Source: Podarcis pityusensis
Taxonomy: Eukaryota
Length of the DNA stretch: 64,000 nt
Assembly: GCA_964106645.2 (NCBI GenBank)
Contig: OZ067041.1
Strand: one strand, 5' to 3'
Every line of letters begins with the position of its first letter. Positions within the stretch are counted from its first letter, which is position 1. The notes beneath the pieces are model-generated. The model was not told where the DNA came from, searched no databases, and saw only the letters and a list, made by a program, of their open reading frames with translations. Both the position numbers and the translations under genes were made by a program. Positions 1 to 10,404 of this stretch are shown here, in pieces.

Positions 1-949
1 TTTTAAGGAAATATAGATTTGCAAGGAATCCCTGCTCTTTTAATACTAAATATGAAAGGACAGTTGCAGTAGTTCAGTTTGGGGCATGCATGGAATAGAT
101 TTAGTAAAGGAGTATCTGGCAACCTTGAGTTTTCAGCTATATGATCATGAACAGCATACTGGTAGTATGGGCAGGGCTTGCATTGTCCAACAAGGATTTA
201 CAGAAAAAATAATTCCCACTTCTGGTGGCAATACTTTCTTTTTGAAGAAGAGACTTGGAAGTTTATATCCAGCCACGTAAATTCCACTGGTGCACACCAC
301 TCTAGCCTCATAGCCAAAGTAGAAGAAAACTGCTCATTTTAGAGCTTCTAAGGTATATGTTTTTTTTACAGTGTGGAACAACCTATAGCAACAACCAGAT
401 TAGACTGGCATCATGGACATCAGAGAAGACACGTGTGTTAAGCTGACTGTGAAGGAAATTCAACAACACACATTTTAGCACCAATTTTCTGCCTTTGCTA
501 GCTCCTTCTGCCTGAATCCATGCCTTACTCCATTTTGTATCTTTTTGCACACTTATGATTACTTCATTAGGACATTTTTGATGTGCTCATACACAGCAGA
601 ACTACAAGTCATTTATTTGTTCCATTCCATTTAAGGAACACACAAGATAGTTTACAACAGGGGTGGCCAACTTCCAAGAGACTGCGATCTACTCACAGAA
701 TTAAAAACTGGCAGTGATCTACCCCAGTTGTTGAGCTTTTTGGGGGGAGGGGGAAAGCCCCATTTTTAGGGGGTTTGGGATGCATAAGTTGCTTAGCTTT
801 GGGAGGAGGGCACAACGTTTTTACATTATTTTGGGGTCAAAGAAAATAGGAACTCACCAAAGGATCACTGGGGGGAAAACAGCCTTGGTTTGTAAACTCC
901 GTCTTCTGGTGCATGGGTACTGACAATGACAGTGTCCCTGGATTATTTA

Positions 950-1335
950 GCACCTCTCTTGAAACAATTGCACTGGCTACCTATTTGTTACAAAGTCTAA
1001 CTGATGATGAATTTTGAATATAAAGCCTTAAACACTTTTTAACAGCTTTGAGCTTTTTGAGGTGTGGTTTTTTTAAATTAATCAATGTGTATAAATTTTA
1101 TGATTTCAAACCAGCTTAGGGCTCAACTACCTGAAAGAACACCTCTCCTGCCCAATTATATTCTGTTCTGGATCTGAGATCACCAGGCACACAGTTTTAT
1201 GTTGCAGTATCATCAGTGGGAGTTTGGTTCGCTGGAAACCAGAACAGGGCTTTCTCTGCAGTGGCACCCTGGTTCCGGAATGCTCTCTTGCCTGAATTCA
1301 GGCAGGCTCCTACACTGAGCTGTTTTCAGTGACAG

Positions 1336-1374
<39 letters not shown>

Positions 1375-1430
1375 TTGTTTTTTCTGTTTTCAGTGACAGT
1401 TTAAAACATTTCTGTTCTTCCAAACCTTTG
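950..1430 (+). mobile_element. L2-type LINE 3' fragment (degenerate)
   Basis: Typical L2 ORF2 C-terminal remnants: ttgcactggctacct...tataaagccttaaac...cctgaaagaacacctc...ctctgcagtggcaccc...ggaatgctctc. Confidence 0.65.
1338..1374. repeat. (ATT)n microsatellite
   Basis: Read directly from the sequence. Confidence 0.95.
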
Positions 1431-1444
1431 AACAACAGCAGTGA

Positions 1445-2275
1445 GCTTTTATTTTTGTTTTCAAATACGAGAAAAACACAGTATTAAAAACAGCTTAAAA
1501 CAACTTACAATAACAATAATAAAGTGTGTCCTAAAATATACAACTCATGTCAAAAGCCAGGATAGAGGTGGCTCTTTAGCATTCATTCTCCAGAAGCTGT
1601 ATAATGGTGACAGACACACCGCTATGGAGAGAGTTCCACAGCTTCCAGGCCGCCACCATCACCCTGCTGATCTCAGCACCCAAGAGGGTCTGTAAGGAAG
1701 GAGGCAATCTTTCAGGTATTTGGGGTCTGAGTCATTTAGTGCTTTAAACACTAATGTGAGTGCCTTGAATTAGGCCCAGAAATGAACTGGCAACAAGTGC
1801 AGTTGGGTTAAATCAGGGGTTATACGAGACCTAAATGGACCCCAACCAGTAATCTAGCTGTTGCATTTTGGGCCAACTGAAGCTTTGTGGTCAGCTTCAA
1901 GAGCAGTCACATGCAGAGCTCATTGCAAGAATCCAATCAGGAAGTTACTAAAGCATGAAGTACAGTGGCCAAGTCATCTCTGTCCAAAAAGGATCGTAGC
2001 TGGCAAACCAGCTGGAGCTGAAAACAGGCATTCCTAGTCTCCAATATTCCCTGAGTCTCCAATGTTGAATCCAGGAGCACTCCAGAACTGTTAATCTGTT
2101 CGTTCCAGGGGAAGCCACTTCCCCACCTCTTAGACAAAAGAACCTGGGGCACATAACACCTTACTGTTTTCAGGATTCAGCCTCAGTTTAATAGCCCATG
2201 TCCAACCCATTACTGCCTCCAAGCACTGGTCTAACACCTCAGCCACCTTTCCTGATTCAGATGAAACAGAGAGCT
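1445..2275 (-). mobile_element. L2-type LINE fragment (RT C-terminal part to 3' end)
   Basis: Minus ORF 1937-2152 gives GVLLDSTLE...FQLQLVCQLRSFLDRDDLATVLHALVTS, typical of L2 ORF2; multiple stops and frameshifts. Confidence 0.75.
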
Positions 2276-2957
2276 AGCGTTAAATAGAGCTAAAAGAACA
2301 AATCCTAACAAACAGAATGACGGATCTTCATTCTAGGGAAAATAAGATGGAAGGCAAGTGTAAATAGGCTGCTATCAGCTTCCAAATATTAAAAATGATA
2401 AAAACTATTGTTTTTTTTAATTGCATAAGGAAAGAAACAGAAAATGTTTTAAATATTTATTTGTATTTTATTTATTAAATGTGTATACCACCCTTCATCT
2501 GAAGATCTCAGGATAGTTCACAGAAAAAACCACAAAGTACATAATAAAAACAAGAACAAAACAAACCAGTACCCCACAAACACAATACAGCAAATATAAG
2601 AAGAGGTTGCAATTAGGAAATAGGTTTTGCCTTCCTCACCTTGAAATACCACAAGTGCTACACCATTTGTGTTAATTTATCTAACATCTAATTGCCAACC
2701 ATATCCTAACTATATTTATCCCCAGCACAAAAATGTTATCTATGGTATTAACGAAAAGCACTATATATAATACAACAGATATTACAGCACCGTATATTGA
2801 CTGCTGTCAGCAGGAAGTATCCAAAACCAGTACCTTCGGATATCACCACTGGAATACCCACTGTTCTGTTACTATTGTGTGTTAGATACGAGCATCCCCA
2901 GAAGCATCCAGATTTCAAGTAAACTATCACCTAATTCTATTTCTGTTACCCCAAGAG

Positions 2958-3215
2958 CAGGGGTAGGCAACCTAAGGCCCATGGGCCGGATGCGGCCCAT
3001 GCCTTCTCAATCTGGCCTGCGGACAGTCCGGGAATCAGCGTGTTTTTACAGGAGTAGAATGTGTCCTTTTATTTAAAATGCATCTCTGTGTTATTTTTAG
3101 GGCATAGGAATTTGTGTTCATTTCCCCCCCCCCACCCCAAAAAAATAGTCCGGCTCACCACATGGTCTGAGGGACTGTGGGCTGGCACACAACTGGAAAA
3201 GGTTGCTGACCCCTG
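2958..3215. mobile_element. hAT (Charlie-like) MITE
   Basis: TIRs caggggtaggcaacct / aggttgctgacccctg; perfect 8-bp TSD cccaagag at 2950-2957 and 3216-3223. Confidence 0.9.
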
Positions 3216-3294
3216 CCCAAGAGGAATATAGTGTCTAGATGTCAAAAGCTGAATACACGGTATTGGAGGGGATACTATCAATGAAGATTTCTGG

Positions 3295-3410
3295 TGTCCT
3301 CCAAATGTTTTAGACTACAGCTCTAATCAGGCCCACCCATCAGACCCTAACTATGTTCAGGAATGACGGGAGTTGTAGGACAGCAACATCTAGAAATGGG
3401 TAGGGGTTCA
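3295..3410. mobile_element. Short palindromic squamate MITE (other copies ~11875-12000, ~12770-12880, ~54250-54350)
   Basis: Fold-back pattern ccaRatgtt...actacaRctc...gggagttgtag...caacatct recurs at four sites. Confidence 0.6.
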
Positions 3411-4362
3411 AGCACTTGAATCACTGGGTGTCCTCCAACTTTAGAGTCCCACAATATGTAAATAAATTTCACTTTATGGAAAAGAGAACACATATCCACA
3501 ACAGATGCTAGAATATGTATGTACTCTGAATTATTTGAAATTTTAAGCCCATTACTGCTCCATTTTATTTTCAATTTATACCTTATTTCTCAGGGTTTAA
3601 GACAACCCTTTATGACAACACAAAATATGTGATTATGGCATCTGGGCCACAGTCAGACCTAAAATGTAAACAAGCTATAAAAATGTTCAAAAAGTGAAAA
3701 TCTGCACAGTAAAGTTGAGCTTTTTCTTTTTCTAGTTTTGCCCCCCAAAATTAGACATTTTTGAGCTTTCCTGAGCTAATTCGGCAAAAACAACACTGCC
3801 AACATCAGCTACCATACGTCCAGATTTCCCTGGACATTTAGCCTATTTCTACCCAGACACTGCTTGCGGCTCCAATATTCTGGATACGGCAACCCTTGAC
3901 ATAAAGGAGTTTTCCATAAAGTTTCTACGGTTGCAATTAGAATTATACTCCACTCAAACCAGTAGGATTTAGGTCTAAGAATAAGTTACCAAGCATCACT
4001 ATTTATTCTGGACTTAGGAAACAATCATTTTACTATTTCTCTGAAAGATAAAGCCTACACAATATACGTTAAATTTGTGGGCATGTAAAATGCCACAATG
4101 GCTTGCATTTTTCATGTCTCTCTTTTTCTTCAGTGCATTTGTACTACAATGATGCTCCACAGGTCTCATTCTTCCATTTATATCTAAACACAGAATATCA
4201 GAGCAGTACAGAGAACTCTGAAGACAGCAGCCACACACCTGTACTATGATCTCTACCAAGGTGAAGCAAAGAGGTCAGCATAGCCACTTCCTGGCTTTCT
4301 GCCATAACACAATGCATGAAGATGCAGTAGCCATTCTAACACTTAGCTGAACATTTTGAGTA

Positions 4363-4588
4363 CAGTGGTACCTAGGGGTAAATACGCTTCAGGTTACAGA
4401 CTCCACTAACCCAGAAATATTGCCTCAGGTTAAGAACTTTGCTTCAGGATGAGAACAGAAATCGTGCAGCAGCAGCGCAGCAGCAACAGGAGGCCCCATT
4501 AGCTAAAGTAGTGCTTCAGGTTAAGAACAGTTTCAGGTTAAGAACAGACCTCCGGAACGAATTAAGTACTTAACCCGAGGTACCACTG
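4363..4588. mobile_element. Tc1/mariner (pogo/Tigger-like) MITE, copy 1
   Basis: TIRs cagtggtacct.../...aggtaccactg with TA on both sides; internal repeats ttcaggttaagaac. Confidence 0.9.
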
Positions 4589-5899
4589 TACTTCATCTCA
4601 GGAGCTCACACACAGTAATCTTAGAAAACACTCTGAAATAATACTTACTACCCCAAGCAATTAAGCAACTGTTCATTCTCTTTATGGAAACATTACACAA
4701 ACTGTAATGCTTTTTCTAAAGTTGATGATGATAGCATTTATAAAGTTTTACATACAATACTGAAAAGAATCCATTTGTTAATTGAACACATCCCATACAC
4801 ACCCAGCACATGCACTAAAGTTACCCAAAATACTTTTCATGCAACTGAGCATTTATAGGTCCGTGTTAAGACAATTTAGTAGTACTGAACAAGCCCCAGG
4901 TGGCAAACTGAACCTGCCACTTATGCATAGCTGTTTTGATATTTCGTATCGGGTTGTGTAGGACCCAAAGAAAGACAACCAGAGGTGTGTATGGCTGTCA
5001 TAATGCTGTGCTTAAATGAAGGGCAATATTCTGAAGCTTAATGTACTCTTTCAGTTCTGAACATTAAGTTTCCTAACTGGAAGGCCACTGATATGCCCAA
5101 ATATAAAAGCATTTACAGTGAGCAAACTTTACAGAGTTTTCTGTTCAAAAAGCATATACAGTGATTTAAACATTAAAGTCTACTTTATGTCCATGTAAAC
5201 CTGCATTTATGCACACTTTGATTTATCTGGTTATCTGCAGCAGAAATCACATTAAGTTGTAAATTTGCTGCAATCTTTATGTAGTTTAATAACACTTGTA
5301 TCCATTTTCCAGAATACCACAGCAGTACACAGAAACCTTTTAGAGAAGTAGCAGTGTTAGTCTGCTGAAACAGACTTTTATGAATGTCAACTGTTAATAC
5401 ACTAAAACACTAGCAGCAGCCATTCAGTTTCAATGCGATTCACCAGACACTTCAGCTCGGAATTCTTCTGGCATTCTGTTGTGAGAATATGCCCAATGTT
5501 ACCTTTAAAAAGCAAGTTTCTGATGTTGGCTAGGAACTCTCTGCTCCTTGAGATCAATTCCCTCACTTTTCCTACCCACCACAACCAGACCTGAAAAGAA
5601 GGGGGAAATCTTCCGGATTTTCTATTCACACTCGCGCCATATGCACGATAATTTGAAAACCGTGTACATTATCTAAGATATAATCAGTGGGGTAGCTTTT
5701 ATTCATTGCTAGATTCTGCAGCGCAAGGGGTTCGCACAGTATCACAGAAACAGTTGGGATGGTAACTTTAAATACAAAACTTTTTGATGGGTCGCGTAAT
5801 AGGGCTGGAAATAACATGCCCTCGAGACGCCTAATCTCTTCGCACGTCCCGGATCTTCATCATCAAATGGCTGCAAGAAAAAGGCCAGAAACTTCCTCT

Positions 5900-6960
5900 T
5901 CACTCCGCCGCCACCCCGCACCGCGATCTCCTCGAAGTGCGCGCTCGCCCACAGACACACACACACACGCACAATATACTTAGGCCCCCTTCCTCCCCAC
6001 CTACAGCGAAGCGCTACCCGGCACGCGCGCATTACTTCCATTCCCGGCCTCTCCCTTGGCCTACAGGGCTGACCTTAAACAGCCCGGCCGGGTCTCCCCA
6101 GCAGCCGGGCCCGGGATAGAGGACCTGGGAAGTGTGGCGAAAGTTCTTAGGCCCCCTTCGAGCTTGAGGGAAGTCGCGTGTGCAGCGGAGGGGAAGGGGG
6201 CTGAGAGGAAAGCGGCCCCTGAAGCTCCGCGTCACCCGACGCAGCGCCGCCACCCACACGCCGGGCCCAGGAGAGGCCGCCGCACACCGAAGGGCGCTGG
6301 CAACTCTTTCCCGTCGGCTGCTCCGCCTCAGACCAGGCCTGCGAACTCCGGCCTCCAGCCCCAGGCTCCAGAGCGGTATCAGCGGTCGCCAGCTGCTCCC
6401 AACCCCCCACCACCAACAGCCGGGGCCTACCCGTCCCGCGCTCCCTTGCCGGGCCCCGTCCCCACCTCTTGGTTGAAGGCGTTCACAGCCTCCATGGCTG
6501 TGGCTCGGCGGCCTCTTGCTACCGCGCGCGGAGGAGCCCCGAAGGAAGCGGCGGGACGTCGTTCTCGTCGGCCTCCCGCCTTCAGGGCCTCGGCGCTAAC
6601 ATGTCCGTTTGGCGGCAGCCCGCAGCGCGTCTCGTTGGCGAGGCAGCCGCGCAGACTGTCTCCCCCTCAGCGGGACGGCGGCGCCCACGCCGCGAACAGC
6701 ACCCTGGGATAGCGCAGGCCTCCGGGTTGCGCGCCACCCATCGGAAGAAAGGAGAGCAGCGGACCAAACCCCCGCCCCGCCCCTGGAGACGGGCATATCA
6801 ACGAACAAGCGCGCGCGCGTGCGCTTGAGGAGGGCCACGTGACAGAGCTCGCCCTTTTGCCTCGCGCCCAACGCTTTCATCGCCTGTTTCCGGACACTTC
6901 CCCCCCCCCCCCCCCCGACGTCGACCTTGCTTTAAGTCTTGGGAAAGGCAGCGAGTTGAA
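5900..6960. promoter_or_regulatory. CpG island / SCAF4 promoter and 5' region
   Basis: Very GC- and CpG-rich. GC boxes ccccgccccgcccc (~6770-6783), NRF1-like gcgcgcgcgtgcgc (~6811-6824), E-box ccacgtgac (~6835-6843), ETS-like ttccgg/cacttcc (~6888-6901), C-run 6900-6916. Confidence 0.85.
6466..6495 (-). CDS. SCAF4: SCAF4 (SR-related CTD-associated factor 4) coding exon 1, N-terminus of the CID domain; remaining exons lie left of the window
   Basis: Minus strand reads cagccATG GAG GCT GTG AAC GCC TTC AAC CAA GAG|gtggg = MEAVNAFNQE, with a strong Kozak context and a phase-0 GT donor. It matches the recalled SCAF4 N-terminus (MDAVNAFNQE), lies in a CpG island, and SCAF4 is the known head-to-head neighbour of HUNK. 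Confidence 0.9.
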
Positions 6961-7399
6961 TCCTCCGCACTTTAACTGAGAAGGGGCTGGACGTTGTGCC
7001 AAAGGAAACGTGACTGCAGCCTCAGTGTTGCCCATTTCATCCCATAAAAGTCAATATTGGCTAGGGTGGGTTTTCGAAGCAAGCAGCAACCGTGGTTTCC
7101 CAGGTATCCTTGCAAGTATAAGAAGGCAACGCAGAGCAGGAGAAGAAGAGCCTTCAGAAATGTGTACAGCAGCTGAGGGGAGTAGTGTTCCTACTGTGAC
7201 ATAGGAAGATGACAGGGGCTTCTGATAAATAAATGTCCCTATTTTCATTACTCAAACTTGGGAGGGTATAGCTGCAGTTGCACAGAGCTAAACATATTAA
7301 GGTTTTACTGCCTTAAAAATGCAATGGGTTCAGAAGTCACGTGTCAGACTCTCATGCTTTGTTTTCATTAGTTGTCAGCAGAATGTAACAGGGAGCCGT

Positions 7400-7815
7400 T
7401 AATCAGAACGCTCTTCTAGTCTTACTGAGGCAAGACAACGGTCCAGCACATCCACTGCCACCCCTGCAGATGTACAGGAAAGATAGGGCTGTGTGCCACC
7501 AGCATACTGCTGACAACACACTTCAAAATTCTGCATGACCCCACTCAGTGGCTTCATATAGATATTAAACATGGGGGATAGAATTGAACCCTGAGGGACT
7601 CCACAAGGGACCCCATGGTGCCGAATAGCACTCCCCAAGGATCACCCGTTGAAGACAACCAACCAAGCAGGATTGGAACCACAGCAAAGCAGTTCTACCC
7701 ACCCACAACTCAGATAGGCTTTCCAGGAAGAAACCATGGTAGATGGTATCAAAAACCACTAATAGTATGAGAAACATTAACAAAGATAGAGTACCTCTGT
7801 ACTACTACTGACAGG
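7400..7815 (-). mobile_element. L2-type LINE reverse-transcriptase core fragment
   Basis: Minus ORFs give LVVFDTIYH...ALLWFQSCL...QRVILG and GVPQGSILSPMFNIYMKPL...QQYAGGTQ (decayed YADD). Confidence 0.85.
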
Positions 7816-7819
7816 TCAA

Positions 7820-8040
7820 AATAATAAAATAATAATAATAATAATAATAGGTATTATTACTTATACCCTGCCCATCTGGCTGGGTTTCCCCAGTCACTCT
7901 GGGAAGCTCCCAACAGAATTAAAAGCATAGTAAAACATCAAATATTAAAAACCTCCCTAAACAGGGCTGCCTTCAGATGTCTTCTAAAAGTCAGATAGTT
8001 GTTAAAGTCCTTGACATCTGATGGGAGGGCGTTCCACAGA
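7820..8040 (-). mobile_element. Young L2-type LINE 3' end
   Basis: Adjacent (AAT)n run, then ttataccctgcccatctggctgggtttccccag...; minus ORF ends LWNALPSDVKDFNNYLTFRRHLKAALFREVFNI*. Confidence 0.75.
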
Positions 8041-8525
8041 CAGGGGCGTAGGAAGGGGGGCAGTGGGGGCAGACCTCCCCGGGTGCCCTCACTGAGGGGG
8101 TGACATTTGGTGCACCACCCACCCACAACTCCCAAGCCTACCCCGAGCCGTCGAGGTAAGGGCTTGCTATGCCGCCAGCTGCAAGGTGTGCTGAGTGGCT
8201 ATCCTGCACCTGGGAGGGGACCCTCAGTGCCACGCCGCCCTCAGGAGCGCGCCCTTCCTGGGCAGCGCGGGCATATGCTCCACTGCTGTCCACAGGGTGG
8301 GCAGCACTACCGAAAAGGCAACCAGGGCAGTTTCTGTGCCAAAAGCAGGCCCACATTAGTCTCCTCCACAAGTGTCTGGGGTGGAATCTAGACATATATT
8401 AAAAAATGCTGTGTAAATGCTTTTTTAAAAAAGCATTTTGAAAAATATATTGAATTTCCCATAAACTCACCATCGCCATCTAGTGTCACATTTGTATAAT
8501 GCACTTAAAACACACTTAAAATGTT
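8041..8525. mobile_element. hAT-like DNA transposon left end (same family as 62428-62598)
   Basis: caggggcgtaggaaggggg...ccccgggtg...gagggggg tgaca resembles the reverse complement of the terminus at 62520-62598; right boundary uncertain. Confidence 0.5.
8473..8486 (-). promoter_or_regulatory. Candidate CTCF site (reverse orientation)
   Basis: Minus strand ACACTAGATGGCGA matches 12/14 core positions; it appears to lie within a transposon-derived segment. Confidence 0.4.
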
Positions 8526-8529
8526 ATAT

Positions 8530-8657
8530 TTGCTGCTGTATAGCTGAGTCACTATCTGATCAGCAACCACCTGCTTGAGAATCTTGCTCAAGAAGGGGAC
8601 ATTAGCAACTGGCAGGTAGTTGCTTAGGTTCTCAGAATGTAGGCATGGTTTCTTAAA
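8530..8657 (-). mobile_element. L2-type LINE fragment upstream of the RT core (probably the same element as 7400-7815)
   Basis: Minus strand translates KKPCLHSENLSNYLPVANVPFLSKILKQVVADQ, matching the L2/CR1 motif NYRPVSNLPFLSKILEKVV. Confidence 0.75.
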
Positions 8658-8662
8658 TGTTT

Positions 8663-9493
8663 TTTTCCTTTTTTATTATTAAAGATTTTCTTGATTTACA
8701 GAAGTATGTGTAATGTCTCTCGTATTTTTTCCATGTAACATTTTTACAAATCAGTTTCATTTGTTGAGACATTAGGAAGAAAAGGAGTGGGGGGGAAGAT
8801 GGGGGGGTCGGGTGGCGATATTTCTATTTTGCTTAATGTATGTAGGGTTTGGTGTCAGCATTGCTCATGCAGGTTGTCTGCTGTTCACTTGTGTTCCTTT
8901 GGTGGCGAGAGAGGTTGGGGTTGGCCTAGGATGTGGTTGTTTGTTTGTGATTGGCTGTGGTGATCTTTGTTTTCGTGTGTGAGTGGGGTGGGTGGGTGTT
9001 TTGGATCAGGTTAGCCGTGTTGATTTGTATGCTGTTGGTGGATTATTGTCATTGTCTTGTTGGGCTGTGTATGTGATAAAGGGGAGCCATACCGGGCTAA
9101 AGGCGTCTTCTTCTGTTTGTCCCCGTGTCAGTTTCAGTTTGTTGATTAATTTTTCTAGTAGGCTATTTCCCATATTATTTCGTACTATTGGTCCATGCTT
9201 ACTCCCAACAGGCCTCTCCAGTGTCTGGTTGTGGTGTTTCTGGCTTCTGAAAGTAGGTGGGTTATGAGTTCTTTGTGGTGTAAATGGGCATTGTTGTCTT
9301 GGAAGATGTTTAGTAGGGCCAATTCTGGGGTGATGTCTAATACTTGCTTAGTTATTTTACATATTTCTCGTATGGCTGTTGTCCAGAATAGTTGGATTTT
9401 GGGGCACTCGCACCACATGTGTAGGTATGTGTAGGTGTACCCTCTCCAGCATTTTGGTGTATTTGGTTGGCAATGTAATATGCTATGCTAGGG
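8663..9493 (-). mobile_element. 5'-truncated L1-clade LINE
   Basis: T-rich tail at the left end; minus ORF HMWCECPKIQLFW...LLSEARNTTTRHW (ORF2 C-terminal zinc-knuckle region); 18-bp TSD atggtttcttaaatgttt at 8645-8662 and 9494-9511. Confidence 0.88.
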
Positions 9494-9965
9494 ATGGTTT
9501 CTTAAATGTTTAGTGCTTTGGCAATTGATGTGTGTAATTTATTCCCATTATCTTTTAGTTTTCCTCAGGTAACTTTCCTTTCCTTTTGTGCCTGGGTCCA
9601 TGTCTGTAATCCTGTTACCTCCAAAAGGCAGTTTATAAAGCTAGTAAAGCAGTCTGGTCTACAGTTCTGCAAGTACCTAGCGTAGAAGAGTAAGATTTAT
9701 ATTACTGAATACACTTTATTCAGGTTGGAGATTCAAGCCTGGAGAAGTAATTCCTCTGCTAATCTGCTAATTCTGAAATTTGCAAGCTATCAAAATAGAG
9801 ACTGGAATAATTCTATAGAGATTTGCTACTTTTTGACATGATCTTGTGAGTGAGATGAATCAAACAAAAATACTGAGGGAGAACTAGCTGTGGTTCACTA
9901 TGGTTGTCTCAGGATGAAATGATGTGGATAACCTATTAAACTGAGTTATTCCCATGAATTCATAC

Positions 9966-10404
9966 TGTTGCATGCCTCCCCAATCTTCCAGGGGTCCCAG
10001 TCACTTAGCCAGGGTTCTTGTTTCCTTCAGAATGTTGGACAGCAGAGACTGTGGTGTCTTTAGGATATATGGTTTACTTACACACACGTATATATAACCT
10101 GAGCCTACGACAGAAGGGTTCACAGCATTACCACCCCAGGAGGGTCATGCTTCTCTGAAAGAATCCACAGTCTTGGATTCCAACAGAAATTAGGTATAAC
10201 CCTGTCTCTTAGCTGCCCAGCCTACAGCTAGCCGGCTTCTAGCTTTTCTACCACACATACACCTCAATCCTGGCCTTTGTTTCTCTAACTACCAGCGAGT
10301 TGAAGGGGGAGGCATTTGTCATCTGCTTAGATATTAACACTTGCTGGATCAAGGAATTAAAAGGGGGCTTAAGCATTCAGCCTACCCCCCCCCAACTCGT
10401 AACA
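9966..10404 (-). mobile_element. Solo LTR (Gypsy/ERV-like)
   Basis: Termini TGTTGC...GTAACA; 4-bp flanks atac/gtac; minus-strand polyA-like AGTAAA ~110 bp from the left end; no internal coding region. Confidence 0.65.

Noticed and set aside
658-945. hAT-like left end caggggtggccaac (similar ends at ~15577 and ~33383)
   Set aside because: No convincing right TIR or TSD, so boundaries cannot be supported.
4380-4575. Regularly recurring ttcaggttaagaac units suggesting a CRISPR-like array
   Set aside because: They are internal subterminal repeats of a TA-flanked MITE in a vertebrate genome; there are no unique equal-length spacers or cas genes.
1-5400. SCAF4 exon 2 (expected LFSLMDMKPPISRAKM...)
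   Set aside because: No such coding sequence found on the minus strand; it probably lies left of the window.
6056-6880. Several long overlapping ORFs (up to 218 aa) on both strands
   Set aside because: Pro/Arg/Ala-rich, stop-poor artefacts of the CpG island with no recognisable domain; the real coding piece is the 30-nt SCAF4 exon.
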